Shown here piece by piece: positions 45,541 through 56,192 of a DNA stretch of 63,384 bases. Both the position numbers and the translations under genes were made by a program. The notes below the pieces were generated by a model. That model made no database searches, had not been told where the DNA came from, and was given only the letters and a program-made list of their open reading frames with translations. The DNA is from Pseudomonadota bacterium (lineage in GTDB: Bacteria > Pseudomonadota > Gammaproteobacteria > Eutrophobiales > Eutrophobiaceae), in assembly GCA_022574295.1 (NCBI GenBank), contig JACZSJ010000002.1:1-63384 (forward strand). Reading direction: 5' to 3'. How positions within the stretch are numbered: position 1 is the stretch's first letter; each line of letters opens with the position of its first letter.

Positions 45541-47265
45541 TCAATAATTGGAGCTACTGGAATGTAATTTTGGTCGATCATAGGGAACCACCAATGAGAC
45601 TTTACCAGATTCATGCATTGATTTGATTCCTCGCCAGTATTCTGCGGTTAATAATTCACCATGAACCACAAGGAAAAGCGAACGTAGATCCTTGTCCATG
45701 GAAAGAAACTTGATAAATTCTTCTGGAAACATATCGTGTGGTCCGACGTAGTACCAGGCCTCTGAACGCAGCTCGTCAACATCATTATTTGCATTCGGAA
45801 TATCCCGGAAATTACAGGCGGTGATCAAACTGACTTCATCATAGTCATAGAAAATGATTCGGCTGTGTCGTGTGACACCAAAATTTTTTAATAATAGATC
45901 CCCGGGGAATATATTGGTCCGCGCCAGATCCTTAAGGGCCTGTCCATAATCGAGAACTGCCTGCTCGGCTTTTTCACGGCTTACTTCATTAATATACAAG
46001 TTAAGTGGCCGTACACGACGTTCAATGTAGACATGCTTAATCAATAAATTATCATCAACTACTGCTACTGTATTTGATGCTTCCTGTAACAATTCATCAA
46101 GTAGTTCCGTGGAAAAACGATTGACTGGAAACTTAAGGTTCAAGAATTCCTGCGTATCAATCATGCGTCCAGCACGGTCATGCTTGGACACAAGTTTGTA
46201 TTTTTCGATAACTTGACTACGAGTAATCGTTTTAGGGTAACCAAATTTGTTCCTGATAATTTTGAAAACCAAATCATATGAAGGTAAAGTGAAGACAATC
46301 ATGACCAGGCCTCTATCACCATCAGTATGTACGAACTGATCAGAAGTCGATTTCAAATGTTCGGTAAAGATTCTGTGCCTTTCGGTCTTGCCTTGTCTAA
46401 GTCTCCCTAAAACAGTGTAGAGTTCATCAATCGGTTTTCTGGGTAATATGGAATGAATAAAATGTACCGCACCCACAACCGAGTTAGGATCAGCAAAGTA
46501 GTAGGAACGGGTATAACTAAATACAATACTAACCTCTTCCTCTGACATAAGTACGGCATCAATGACGATACCTTTCCCGGTATTTTTAAAGGCAATTACA
46601 ATCGGTGATATACTATCGCGCATGATGATTCTTCCGATGAGATAAGCGCGTTCTGATTGATAAAAAAATGAATCGATGAATTCAAATCTTAGGTATTCAT
46701 TTTTTTTGCTAAATTTTGATTCCACAAACTGAATAATGTCACTGTTAATTGATTTTGCATAAGGTACTGTGAATGAAAAGTCATTCAGTATCGCCCCAAA
46801 GATCTTTTCAGTGGATCCCCAGAAGGGATAGCGTTTTAGATTAAGTGATTTTAATAATTCAATATCAGCATTGAGATTCGATGAAACAAATTCGAGCTTG
46901 GCGTCTACACCAACCGTGCCAAAGATTCTTCTTGTCACAGAATTAAAGAAGGTCTTGATAAAGCCAGCGTCCGGAACCTTATCCAGCCGTCTGCCAAAAT
47001 AGGTGCGGATTGCATTCCAGAGTTCACGATCCTTAACTCGAGTGCCCATGTGACGTCTTAACGCCAGGACAATGCGCCTGACAGACTTTTCGTATAAATC
47101 TACGCGTTCAACGATATCCTGTTGATGACCCTGCCAGTCGCGCCTTTCGAAACGGGTTCTGGCACGGCGCGTTATCCGATGAAATAAATTGTTATAGTGG
47201 ACAAATCCATCATAAATGATCTGTGATAATTCGGTGATCAGCTTTCTATCTGGCTTTTGTGCCAT
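45541..47265 (-). CDS. aceK: bifunctional isocitrate dehydrogenase kinase/phosphatase
   Basis: 574 aa with full-length resemblance to AceK (IYDGFVHYN..., FPGDLLLKNFGVTRHSRIIFYDYDE). It begins 13 nt downstream of icd. Confidence 0.95.
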   Translation of the reverse strand: MAQKPDRKLITELSQIIYDGFVHYNNLFHRITRRARTRFERRDWQGHQQDIVERVDLYEKSVRRIVLALRRHMGTRVKDRELWNAIRTYFGRRLDKVPDAGFIKTFFNSVTRRIFGTVGVDAKLEFVSSNLNADIELLKSLNLKRYPFWGSTEKIFGAILNDFSFTVPYAKSINSDIIQFVESKFSKKNEYLRFEFIDSFFYQSERAYLIGRIIMRDSISPIVIAFKNTGKGIVIDAVLMSEEEVSIVFSYTRSYYFADPNSVVGAVHFIHSILPRKPIDELYTVLGRLRQGKTERHRIFTEHLKSTSDQFVHTDGDRGLVMIVFTLPSYDLVFKIIRNKFGYPKTITRSQVIEKYKLVSKHDRAGRMIDTQEFLNLKFPVNRFSTELLDELLQEASNTVAVVDDNLLIKHVYIERRVRPLNLYINEVSREKAEQAVLDYGQALKDLARTNIFPGDLLLKNFGVTRHSRIIFYDYDEVSLITACNFRDIPNANNDVDELRSEAWYYVGPHDMFPEEFIKFLSMDKDLRSLFLVVHGELLTAEYWRGIKSMHESGKVSLVVPYDRPKLHSSSSNY

Positions 47266-47278
47266 GATGATGTCTCGG

Positions 47279-48631
47279 TTACATATTTGAAATCATTGCA
47301 TCAGCAAATTCACTGCATTTGATTTCTGTCGCGTCATCCATTGATCTGGCAAAGTCATAGGTGACAGTTTTGTCTCTGATCGTTGTATTCATCGCACTAA
47401 TGATAAGATCAGCTGCATTTGTCCAGCCTAGGTAGCGCAACATCATCTCACCTGACAGAATCAATGAACCGGGATTCACTTTATCAAGATTTGAATATTT
47501 TGGTGCTGTGCCATGGGTGGCCTCGAAGATCGCATGCCCCGTGTCATAGTTAATATTGCCACCTGGCGCAATTCCAATCCCACCAACCTGTGCAGCGAGC
47601 GCATCAGAAAGATAATCACCATTCAAATTCATTGTTGCAATGACATCAAAATCCTCTGGTCGTGTGAGTACCTGCTGAAATACAATATCAGCAATGGCAT
47701 CTTTGATTAGAATTTTTCCTGAATCCAGCGCTTCTTTTTGTTCTTGATTCGCAGCATCTTGTCCTTTTTCTGCCTGAGTGCGTTCCCACTGATTCCAGGT
47801 ATAGGTGTGATCACTAAATTCTGATTCAGCAAGTTGGTAAGCCCAGTTTCTGAAGGCACCTTCAGTAAATTTCATAATGTTACCTTTGTGCACCAGGGTA
47901 ATACTTTTTCTTTTGTTGGCGATGGCATATTCAATTGCCGCCTTGACTAATCTTTCCGTGCCATCTTTTGAAACCGGTTTGATGCCTATTCCGGACGATT
48001 CCGGAAAACGAATTTTTTGATATTGGTTTGGAAATGCTTCTTTAAATAATTCCATAAAGCGATCATTTTCATCAGTACCATTTTCAAACTCAATCCCAGC
48101 ATATATATCTTCCGTGTTTTCCCTGAAAATCACCATATCAACCAATTCAGGCCGTTTAACCGGCGAAGGTACGCCTGCAAACCAACGCACCGGTCTGAGA
48201 CAGACATAAAGATCGAGAATTTGTCTAAAGGCGACATTAAGAGAACGAATACCACCACCTATAGGTGTCGTTAATGGCCCCTTGATAGCAACCAGATATT
48301 CCCTACAAGTATCCAGTGTTTCGTCAGGTAGCCAGCTACCACAAAGCTGGTTGGCCTTTTCTCCGGCATAAACTTCTGCCCAATGAATCTTGCGGGCTCC
48401 CTGTGAGGATTTTTCTACGGACGCATCCAGTACCCTGACTGTTGCTGCCCAGACATCTGGGCCGATACCATCACCTTCAATGAAAGGGATGACAGGATTG
48501 TCTGGTACGTTTAACTTGCCGTTTTTAATGGTTATTCTTGCCCCATCGGATGGGATGTCTATCTTGATAGTCAAATCTAACTCCCCGAAATTCTGATTTT
48601 GATGTGAAATGGTTTTGTCTAAGTGTTCCAC
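47279..48631 (-). CDS. icd: NADP-dependent isocitrate dehydrogenase (homodimeric type)
   Basis: [27 protein letters not shown], the AceK-target region and NLNGDYLSD are present. The ORF-track GTG start at 48631 gives an N-terminal extension of about 20 aa. The TTG at 48574, preceded by GGGGAG, is a plausible true start. Confidence 0.95.
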   Translation of the reverse strand: MEHLDKTISHQNQNFGELDLTIKIDIPSDGARITIKNGKLNVPDNPVIPFIEGDGIGPDVWAATVRVLDASVEKSSQGARKIHWAEVYAGEKANQLCGSWLPDETLDTCREYLVAIKGPLTTPIGGGIRSLNVAFRQILDLYVCLRPVRWFAGVPSPVKRPELVDMVIFRENTEDIYAGIEFENGTDENDRFMELFKEAFPNQYQKIRFPESSGIGIKPVSKDGTERLVKAAIEYAIANKRKSITLVHKGNIMKFTEGAFRNWAYQLAESEFSDHTYTWNQWERTQAEKGQDAANQEQKEALDSGKILIKDAIADIVFQQVLTRPEDFDVIATMNLNGDYLSDALAAQVGGIGIAPGGNINYDTGHAIFEATHGTAPKYSNLDKVNPGSLILSGEMMLRYLGWTNAADLIISAMNTTIRDKTVTYDFARSMDDATEIKCSEFADAMISNM

Positions 48632-48757
48632 AATCGTTGATTGATGTCACCCAGACTTGGTAGTTATTTGCATGGAACATAAAGTAGCGATAGAGTCGAT
48701 GTTAAATCAAGGACAACTTGGACAGGATTCAGTTAAAGAGGAGGAAACAAATTTAAG

Positions 48758-49213
48758 GTGATTTATAGAAATGTACCCAATAAATTCTTGATCATTATCT
48801 TCTTTCTGTTCTGTTTAAGTAATGCAAATGCAGAGATTTACAAATGGATCGATGAAAATGGAAAAGTAGTCTATGGTGATAAGCCAATATCAAGTGATGC
48901 TGAACAGATAAAAATAAAAAAAACTCCTGTACTGGATCCAGTAGTACAACAGCGAAATGAAAAGCAAAACAAGTTACTGGGTGTAATGCAAGAAGAACGT
49001 GAGGAAAGAAGTGCATTGAGAAAAGAAGAAAAGAAAAAGAATGATGAACATAAAAAAATGTGCGCAGATGCAAGAAAAGCGTTACAAAAAATTAAAAACG
49101 CCAGATTTCTATACGAAAAAACGGACGATCCGAACAATCCAAAAATAATGACCAACGAAGAACGTAAGGCTGAAGAGATCAGGTTTGAAAATCAAATAAA
49201 AAAGAATTGTTAG
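48758..49213 (+). CDS. DUF4124-domain secreted protein with a charged C-terminal half
   Basis: Signal peptide, then EIYKWIDENGKVVYGDKP (DUF4124). GTG start with AGGAGG upstream. Confidence 0.7.
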   Translation: MIYRNVPNKFLIIIFFLFCLSNANAEIYKWIDENGKVVYGDKPISSDAEQIKIKKTPVLDPVVQQRNEKQNKLLGVMQEEREERSALRKEEKKKNDEHKKMCADARKALQKIKNARFLYEKTDDPNNPKIMTNEERKAEEIRFENQIKKNC

Positions 49214-49341
49214 CAATCTATCGGGTCACTAATGACTCCTCCAGAAATCATAAAGTGCATAACCGCGTCCTGTGCAGTCGCTACGGACTCCTGTCCTCTC
49301 GCGGCACTAATACGTCCTGACTGTCGTTCTTGCACCCGCAG

Positions 49342-49412
49342 CATTGCCTGCACGGACGCAGGTACTTAGGATTTGTCAGGAACAAATATTCTGACAGTAC
49401 ATCCCTGTACAT
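49342..49412. repeat. 71-bp REP-like structured repeat, copy 1
   Basis: cattgcctgcacggacgcaggtacttaggatttgtcaggaacaaatattctgacagtacatccctgtacat. It contains the internal hairpins CCTGCacggacGCAGG and TGTCAG...CTGACA. Confidence 0.85.
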
Positions 49413-49442
49413 GGTCGCTCTTGCGCATCCATGCGCCTGCGA

Positions 49443-49513
49443 CATTGCCTGCACGGACGCAGGTACTTAGGATTTGTCAGGAACAAAAATCCTGACAGTA
49501 CGTCCCTGTACAT
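49443..49513. repeat. 71-bp REP-like structured repeat, copy 2
   Basis: Same orientation, 101 bp downstream of copy 1, 68/71 identical. Two of the three differences lengthen the TGTCAGGA/TCCTGACA stem. Confidence 0.85.
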
Positions 49514-49546
49514 AAAAAAGGGCGGGTAGAACCGCCCTTTTATTTT
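49514..49546. terminator. bidirectional rho-independent terminator (DUF4124 gene / acnB)
   Basis: aaaaaaGGGCGGgtagaaCCGCCCttttatttt: an A-run, a GC stem and a T-run, so it is usable on both strands. Confidence 0.85.
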
Positions 49547-49561
49547 ATTAAGTTCCTGGTG

Positions 49562-52177
49562 TTATGCTACTTTCACCGGGATCTCTGCAAGTTTGCTTGC
49601 TGCCTTTGATGCCGCTTGTTGATAAGCATCGACCTTGTCGAAATTCAGGTAACGATAGATATCATCGGCCATAGGATCAATCTTATCGGCAAACTCCATA
49701 TACTCCTCATAAGTAGGAATTTTGCCAAGGATTGAAACCACGGCAGCAATCTCTGCGGAAGATAAATAAACGTTGGCACCATCGCCTAGGCGGTTTGGGA
49801 AGTTACGCGTGGACGTTGAGACTACCGTTGAACCTGCTTCAACACGGGCCTGATTGCCCATACATAAAGAACAACCGGGCATTTCAGTTCTGGCACCTGC
49901 TGCTTCATAGATATCGTAATACCCTTCATCCTTTAGTTGTTTCTCATCCATCTTGGTTGGGGGTACCACCCATAAGCGGGTAGGTATTTTTTCACCGTAC
50001 TGTTCGAGTAATTTACCTGCTGCGCGGAAGTGACCAATATTGGTCATGCAGGAACCAAGGAAGACTTCATCGATTTTTGTTCCGGCAACTTCGGCCAATG
50101 TCTTCACATCATCCGGATCGTTAGGGCAGGCAAGGATCGGTTCTTTAATCTCTGCAATGTCAATTTCGATGACTTCAGCATATTCAGCATCTTCGTCTGC
50201 TTCCATCAATTGCGGGTTTTTGACCCATTCTTCCATGGCCAACGCACGGCGTTCCAGTGTACGAGGGTCTCCATAATCGTTGGTTATCATCCAGCGCAAC
50301 ATGGTGATATTGGAATTAAGATACTCAATGATGGGTTCTTTATTCAATTTGATGGTGCAACCCGCTGCTGAGCGTTCGGCAGATGCATCAGACAGTTCAA
50401 ATGCCTGCTCAATTTTCAGATCGGGCAGACCTTCAATCTCCAGAATACGGCCAGAGAAGGCATTGACCTTACCTTCTTTTTCAACAGTAAGCAGTCCCAT
50501 TTCTATGGCTTTTAATGGAATCGCGTTGACCAGATCACGTAAGGTAATGCCCGGCTGTAAATCACCCTTGAAACGTACCAGAATCGATTCAGGCATATCC
50601 AGCGGCATGACGCCGGTTGCTGCGGCAAAAGCCACCAGGCCCGAACCTGCCGGAAATGAAATTCCGATGGGGAAACGTGTGTGTGAATCACCGCCGGTGC
50701 CCACTGTGTCAGGTAACAACATACGGTTTAGCCAGGAGTGAATAATGCCATCACCCGGACGCAGGGAGACACCACCGCGTGTCATCATGAAATCAGGCAG
50801 GGTGTGATGGGTTATTTCGTCAATTGGTTTTGGATAGGCCGCAGTATGACAGAAAGACTGCAATATTAGATCAGCGGAGAAGCCAAGACAGGCAAGGTCT
50901 TTGAGTTCGTCTCGTGTCATGGGTCCAGTAGTATCCTGTGAGCCAACGGTAGTCATCCTGGGTTCGCAATAGGTGCCAGGGCGAATACCTTCCACACCAC
51001 AGGCCTTACCAACCATTTTCTGAGCCAGCGTAAAACCTTTGCCCGTATCTTCAACTGGCACTGGTTTACGGAATAAATCTGTTTCGCCCATCGAAAGTGT
51101 TTCACGTGCACGTGCGGTCAACCCGCGTCCGATGATCAGTGGAATACGACCACCTGCTCGTACTTCATCCAGTAAAATATCGGTCTTTAGTGAAAACTCA
51201 CAGAGTGTTTCACCTGTTTCGTTGTTTTTGATGACACCATCATAGGGGTAAATATCAATGACATCACCCATAGCCAATTTTGTGACATCACACTCTATGG
51301 GTAGCGCACCGGAGTCTTCCATGGTGTTAAAAAATATTGGCGCAATCTTACTGCCGAGGCAATAGCCACCACTGCGTTTGTTTGGAATAAAGGGAATGTC
51401 ATCCCCCATATGCCATAAGACTGAGTTGGTTGCCGATTTACGTGAAGAGCCGGTACCTACAACATCACCGACATAGGCGAGCGGATGACCTCGTTCCTTG
51501 AGTGCTTGTATCTGTTTTATTGGACCAATTTTCCCCGCTTCATCTGGTTCAATACCTTCACGTTCCATCTTCAACATGGCTTGTGCATGCAGCGGGATAT
51601 CAGGGCGCGACCAGGCATCTGGTGCAGGTGAAAGATCATCAGTGTTGGTTTCGCCGGTCACTTTAAATATGGTAACGGTAATTTTTTCAGCTAATGCTGG
51701 CTTACTGGTAAACCATTCTCCTTGAGCCCAGGATTCTATAATTTGTTTGGCATACTGATTTCCTGCCTCCATTTTTTCCTTAACATCATGAAATGCATCA
51801 AACATCAACAGGGTATGCGACAGGGCATTGACTGCGGTGGGTGCGAGTGCTTTATCATCCAGTGCATCAATCATTGGGGCGATGTTGTAGCCACCCAGCA
51901 TGGTGCCCAATAACTCGACTGCTTTTAGCTTGTCAATGAGTGGTGATTCTGCTTCACCTTTGCTGATGGCTGCCAGGAATCCAGCTTTGACGTAAGCAGC
52001 CTGATCAACACCTGCTGGCACACGGTTGGTGATCAGGTCGAGGATAAATTCCTCTTCTCCGGCGGGAGGGTTCTTTAATAAATTGACCAAAGAGGCTGTT
52101 TGTTCTTCATCAAGCGGTTGTGGCACGATGCCTTCTGCAGCTCTCTCTGCTACATGTTTACGATATGCTTCAAGCAC
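49562..52177 (-). CDS. acnB: aconitate hydratase B (bifunctional aconitase 2 / 2-methylisocitrate dehydratase)
   Basis: 871 aa with the [23 protein letters not shown]-terminus typical of AcnB, and Cys ligand regions present. Confidence 0.97.
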   Translation of the reverse strand: MLEAYRKHVAERAAEGIVPQPLDEEQTASLVNLLKNPPAGEEEFILDLITNRVPAGVDQAAYVKAGFLAAISKGEAESPLIDKLKAVELLGTMLGGYNIAPMIDALDDKALAPTAVNALSHTLLMFDAFHDVKEKMEAGNQYAKQIIESWAQGEWFTSKPALAEKITVTIFKVTGETNTDDLSPAPDAWSRPDIPLHAQAMLKMEREGIEPDEAGKIGPIKQIQALKERGHPLAYVGDVVGTGSSRKSATNSVLWHMGDDIPFIPNKRSGGYCLGSKIAPIFFNTMEDSGALPIECDVTKLAMGDVIDIYPYDGVIKNNETGETLCEFSLKTDILLDEVRAGGRIPLIIGRGLTARARETLSMGETDLFRKPVPVEDTGKGFTLAQKMVGKACGVEGIRPGTYCEPRMTTVGSQDTTGPMTRDELKDLACLGFSADLILQSFCHTAAYPKPIDEITHHTLPDFMMTRGGVSLRPGDGIIHSWLNRMLLPDTVGTGGDSHTRFPIGISFPAGSGLVAFAAATGVMPLDMPESILVRFKGDLQPGITLRDLVNAIPLKAIEMGLLTVEKEGKVNAFSGRILEIEGLPDLKIEQAFELSDASAERSAAGCTIKLNKEPIIEYLNSNITMLRWMITNDYGDPRTLERRALAMEEWVKNPQLMEADEDAEYAEVIEIDIAEIKEPILACPNDPDDVKTLAEVAGTKIDEVFLGSCMTNIGHFRAAGKLLEQYGEKIPTRLWVVPPTKMDEKQLKDEGYYDIYEAAGARTEMPGCSLCMGNQARVEAGSTVVSTSTRNFPNRLGDGANVYLSSAEIAAVVSILGKIPTYEEYMEFADKIDPMADDIYRYLNFDKVDAYQQAASKAASKLAEIPVKVA

Positions 52178-52433
52178 TATTTCTATCTCCTGGCTTAATT
52201 ATATTGTTGTTTTTCTTGTGATTCCTGACCATAAACCCGGTGCCATAGGTCTGATATCTACGACCTGTCTGTTCATGACCATGTCTTAAAAACTGGGTTG
52301 GAAATTATACAAGAATTGCTCACATTGCGCTGCAGAATATGCAGAGTTGGAGATTAGATGATTATCATGAAATATAGCCACAATTGACGACAATTATAAA
52401 CATTTAGAAGAAAATAACGATATTTTAAGGCTT

Positions 52434-53519
52434 TTAGCTAGTGCTATCAATGATGCCACCTCCCAGGCAGATGTCCTCATCGTAAAACACCACAAATTGT
52501 CCTGGTGTCACTGCACGTTGGGCATCTTCAAAAATAACTGAACAATTATGATCTTCAATATCCTCTATCGTACAAGCTTGGTCAGTCTGCCGATAACGCG
52601 TTTTGGCAACACATTTGAAGGGTGTCTCGGGGGGATACCCACTGATCCAGTTAATATCTGTGGCGGTTAACTTTTGACTATATAGTAAGGCGTGGTCATG
52701 CCCCTGTACGACGAAAAGAATATTGTTGCCAATATCTTTCCTGTAGATATACCAGGGTGCTTCATTTGCCCCCTGAACACCGCCGATACCGAGTCCCTGT
52801 CGCTGCCCCAGCGTGTAATAGAAGACACCATTATGCTGTCCGACCACCTTACCATCAGTTGTCTGTATTTCACCGCTTTGTTCAGGAATATAGCGGCTCA
52901 GGAATTCTCTGAAAGGGCGCTCACCGACAAAACAGATACCGGTACTGTCTTTTTTGTCGTGTGTCTGGAAACCTGCTTTTTTGGCAAGCTCACGCACAGC
53001 ATATTTTTCAAGTTCACCCACAGGGAACATAGAAAGACTCAATTGAGCCTGAGTCAGTCGACATAAAAAGTAACTTTGATCTTTATTACCATCCAGACCT
53101 TTTCTTAATTGAAAGTGATCATTCACTTTTTTAATACGGGCATAATGTCCCGTTGCAATCTTTTTCGCGCCTAATTCGGTGGCATGCGTTAAGAACGCGC
53201 TGAACTTGATTTCCTGATTGCATAGGACATCAGGATTAGGGGTTCGTCCGTTCTTATATTCCTGTAGGAAATTGGTGAAAACCTTTTCCCAGTAGTCATC
53301 GGCCAGATCGACAGTATTAATAGGGATTTCAAGCTGTTCACAGATCTGCATCGCATCCTCAACATCGGCTTCCCACATGCATTCACCCCCAGGTAACTGT
53401 TCTTCCCAGTTTTTCATGAATAGCCCTTCAACCTCATAGCCCTGCTCTTTCAGGAGCAGGGCGCTGACTGAAGAATCAACACCACCAGATAAGCCAACAA
53501 TAATTTTTTCTTTAGGCAT
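52434..53519 (-). CDS. mnmA: tRNA 2-thiouridine(34) synthase
   Basis: PP-loop GLSGGVDSSV and full-length MnmA similarity; 361 aa. Confidence 0.95.
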   Translation of the reverse strand: MPKEKIIVGLSGGVDSSVSALLLKEQGYEVEGLFMKNWEEQLPGGECMWEADVEDAMQICEQLEIPINTVDLADDYWEKVFTNFLQEYKNGRTPNPDVLCNQEIKFSAFLTHATELGAKKIATGHYARIKKVNDHFQLRKGLDGNKDQSYFLCRLTQAQLSLSMFPVGELEKYAVRELAKKAGFQTHDKKDSTGICFVGERPFREFLSRYIPEQSGEIQTTDGKVVGQHNGVFYYTLGQRQGLGIGGVQGANEAPWYIYRKDIGNNILFVVQGHDHALLYSQKLTATDINWISGYPPETPFKCVAKTRYRQTDQACTIEDIEDHNCSVIFEDAQRAVTPGQFVVFYDEDICLGGGIIDSTS

Positions 53520-53527
53520 GGTCTTTA

Positions 53528-53995
53528 TTAGGAAACAATTGCTTCATCAGGTAAAACCCGGTTCAGTAGTTGCAGCGGATAGTTTTTCCCTGAAAGATAG
53601 TCATTGATGCATTGTGACACCATTGGACTACGCATCCTGTCCATATTTTGTTTGATTTCTTTCTGGTTGAACCATACGGTTTGAATAATGCCATTATCCA
53701 GAGCTTGTTCGGGGTGATATTTGTCGCACCTCCCGGAGAAACAGAAGCGCAGGTAGCTTATATCACTGTGCTGTTTTGGAGACAGGTATATGCCAACAAT
53801 GTATTGGGGTATAAATTCCCAGGCAGTTTCTTCCCGCACCTCTCTTTTTACGGCTTCGATGAGCGTTTCATCCTTTTCCAGATGACCAGCGGGTTGATTA
53901 AAGACGACGTGATTATCTGTATTTTCTTCAACCAGAAGAAATTTCTGGTCGCGTTCTATAATCGCAGCGACGGTGACATTTGGTTTCCAACGCAT
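53528..53995 (-). CDS. NUDIX hydrolase (NudJ-like by synteny with mnmA)
   Basis: Nudix box GHLEKDETLIEAVKREVREETAW. It lies directly upstream of mnmA, as nudJ does in enterobacteria. Confidence 0.8.
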   Translation of the reverse strand: MRWKPNVTVAAIIERDQKFLLVEENTDNHVVFNQPAGHLEKDETLIEAVKREVREETAWEFIPQYIVGIYLSPKQHSDISYLRFCFSGRCDKYHPEQALDNGIIQTVWFNQKEIKQNMDRMRSPMVSQCINDYLSGKNYPLQLLNRVLPDEAIVS

Positions 53996-54083
53996 AATAA
54001 ATGAAATTCCTAAGGTTTGTTTATGGAGCGGTTGTGTATAATACAGTTATAACCCCACCTACTAAAGTTGAAGCGTTTACAAA

Positions 54084-54581
54084 ATGGATAATATAAATAA
54101 ACATGCCATCAGTCTGGGTTTGTCCCTTATTGGATTATGGTTGCTACTCTCGGGTCACTATACGCTACTGCTGATATCATTCGGGTTGCTCTCCGTAATG
54201 CTGGTGGTATTGATTGCATTACGTATGGATGTTGTTGACCATGAAGGTCACCCGTTACATCTGAATCTTAAGGCATTGTTCACCTATTGGGTCTGGTTGT
54301 TGAAGGAAATTATTGTTTCCAATATTTACGTTTGTCGACTGATACTGAATCCTGCATTGCCAATCAGTCCCACGGTTATCGCCTTGCGGAGCAGTCAGTC
54401 TACTGACCTTGCTCGGGTGATATTTGCCAATTCGATCACGCTCACCCCTGGAACAGTAACTATTGATGTTGACGGTGACATTACCGAGGTCCATGCGCTG
54501 ACAGAAGAGTTGGCAAGATCATTATTAGCGGGTTCTATGGATAGCAAGGTGACTGCACTCGAGAGCAGATCAGGAGGGTAG
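54084..54581 (+). CDS. mrpE: Na+/H+ (monovalent cation/proton) antiporter subunit E
   Basis: MnhE-family motif ANSITLTPGT and two N-terminal TM helices. Confidence 0.85.
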   Translation: MDNINKHAISLGLSLIGLWLLLSGHYTLLLISFGLLSVMLVVLIALRMDVVDHEGHPLHLNLKALFTYWVWLLKEIIVSNIYVCRLILNPALPISPTVIALRSSQSTDLARVIFANSITLTPGTVTIDVDGDITEVHALTEELARSLLAGSMDSKVTALESRSGG

Positions 54582-54584
54582 GTA

Positions 54585-54872
54585 ATGTTTGCCGTAACAA
54601 CAATCGCCATTTTGGTTGCTATGCTTTTTGCCCTGATCAGGGCCTTATTGGGGCCAACTCTTTATGATCGAATATTGGCGGTAAATACATTTGGAACAAT
54701 CACTGTTTTATTCATTGGGATATTCGGGTTTTTGACCGAGCGGCCAGAATTTCTTGATATTGCATTGGTGTATGCACTCATCAATTTTATCGTGACTATT
54801 GCAGTGCTTAAGTTTTTTGAGTATGGCGATTTGGGTAGAGGATCTTTTGATCAACAGGATAGCGATCTATGA
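54585..54872 (+). CDS. mrpF: monovalent cation/proton antiporter subunit F
   Basis: 95 aa, three TM helices, with the LLGPTLYDRILAVN motif. Confidence 0.85.
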   Translation: MFAVTTIAILVAMLFALIRALLGPTLYDRILAVNTFGTITVLFIGIFGFLTERPEFLDIALVYALINFIVTIAVLKFFEYGDLGRGSFDQQDSDL

Positions 54873-55183
54873 ACATCATAATCGATTTGCTTAGCTGGGC
54901 CAGTCTGATGGCCGGTAGTATTTTTCTTATTATCGGAACCATTGGTTTGATCCGCTTCCCTGATTTTTTTACAAGGTTACATGCATGCAGTGTTGTCGAT
55001 ACGCTTGGTTTTATTTTGATTATGATGGGCCTTATGCTGCAGGCTGGGTTAAGTCTTGTAACCGTTAAATTAATCTTAATCGTGATATTTATTTTGCTTA
55101 CTTCACCCACAGCAGCACACGCCCTGGCCAAGGCTGCGCTTCATGGTGAAGTGAAGCCCTTATTAAATCATTCAGGAGAATAG
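54869..55183 (+). CDS. mrpG: monovalent cation/proton antiporter subunit G
   Basis: GTIGLIRFPDFFTRLHA...DTLG motif. It overlaps mrpF by 4 nt. Confidence 0.85.
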   Translation: MNIIIDLLSWASLMAGSIFLIIGTIGLIRFPDFFTRLHACSVVDTLGFILIMMGLMLQAGLSLVTVKLILIVIFILLTSPTAAHALAKAALHGEVKPLLNHSGE

Positions 55184-55209
55184 TTATCGAATTACTGGTC
55201 GATATTGCA

Positions 55210-55773
55210 TTGCTCACTTTTCTGGTGATGTTAGGGATTGCTATTATTCGTTTGGGTAGTTTATTTGCCGCGGTAATGCTGACTGGAATATTTAGTTTAG
55301 TGGCTGCTGGCCTGTATGTGAGCATGGATGCGGTTGATGTCGCTTTTACCGAGGCGGCTGTCGGTGGTGGAATAGCAACCATGCTGTTTTTGAGCACCAT
55401 TGCGTTGACGACAAGTCAGGAAAAAACAGGGGGAGAGGTCTCGTTCCCCGCATTTTTTATTGTCGTGCTGACAGGTATTGTTTTGATGTATGGTGTTTCG
55501 GACATCCCCAAATTTGGTGATAGTCAGGCACCTGCACACCAGTATTTATCAGATCGTTATGTCAATCAATCACCTCGGGAGATAGGCGTTCCAAACATGG
55601 TTACATCGATTCTGGCCAGTTATCGAGGCTATGATACGATGGGAGAAGTCGCCGTTATTTTCACGGCGGGGATGGGGGTGCTGATGTTGTTGGGTCGTGG
55701 ATTCAGAAATAGTGCCAGGCGAAATAGTCCCAAGGGAAATAGTCCGGAGCAACAAGGAAAGGTGAAACTATAA
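55210..55773 (+). CDS. DUF4040 / MnhB-type antiporter membrane subunit (MbhD-like)
   Basis: N-terminal DUF4040-like helices, then PNMVTSILASYRGYDTMGE (MnhB domain). The frame is open upstream to the GGAGAA at 55175, and the true start codon is unclear (TTG at 55210, CTG at 55195 or ATC at 55186). Confidence 0.75.
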   Translation: MLTFLVMLGIAIIRLGSLFAAVMLTGIFSLVAAGLYVSMDAVDVAFTEAAVGGGIATMLFLSTIALTTSQEKTGGEVSFPAFFIVVLTGIVLMYGVSDIPKFGDSQAPAHQYLSDRYVNQSPREIGVPNMVTSILASYRGYDTMGEVAVIFTAGMGVLMLLGRGFRNSARRNSPKGNSPEQQGKVKL

Positions 55774-56184
55774 ATGGAACATCATCTGGTGTTAAGGGTT
55801 GTAGCAAAATTATTGATTCCTATGATTTTGATCTTTGCACTGTATGTTCAATTTCATGGAGATTATGGGCCCGGAGGCGGATTTCAGGCTGGTGTGATCT
55901 TTGCGTCTGCATTTATTTTATACAGCCTTATCTTCGGGATTGAGAATGCCAGAAGTGTTATTTCATTTAATCTGTTACGTATTTTATCTGCGCTCGGGTT
56001 ATTGCTTTATCTTGGTGTGGGAATTTCGGCACTGATATTTGGTGGTAATTTCCTTGATTATAATGTGTTGGCTTCGAATCCCTTGAGTGGTCAGCACATA
56101 GGTATTCTGCTTATTGAACTTGGGGTAGGGTTGACTGTTGCTGCTGTGATGACGATGACATTCTTTGTTTTTTCACGCCCTTGA
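55774..56184 (+). CDS. mrpB: Na+/H+ antiporter MnhB-related subunit (MbhE-like)
   Basis: The FHGDYGPGGGFQAGVIFA motif; 136 aa. Its ATG follows the preceding stop immediately. Confidence 0.8.
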   Translation: MEHHLVLRVVAKLLIPMILIFALYVQFHGDYGPGGGFQAGVIFASAFILYSLIFGIENARSVISFNLLRILSALGLLLYLGVGISALIFGGNFLDYNVLASNPLSGQHIGILLIELGVGLTVAAVMTMTFFVFSRP

Positions 56185-56192
56185 ATAATTCC

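Noticed and set aside
49342-49513. Possible CRISPR array
   Set aside because: There are only two repeat copies, each 71 bp long with a 30-bp gap. That is outside CRISPR repeat/spacer geometry, and no cas genes lie in the window.
50030-50741. Plus-strand ORFs inside acnB (50030..50371, 50280..50741 and others). Similar antisense ORFs lie within metG, ilvD, clpA and yhdP.
   Set aside because: They are antisense to highly conserved housekeeping genes, and no independent signals support them.
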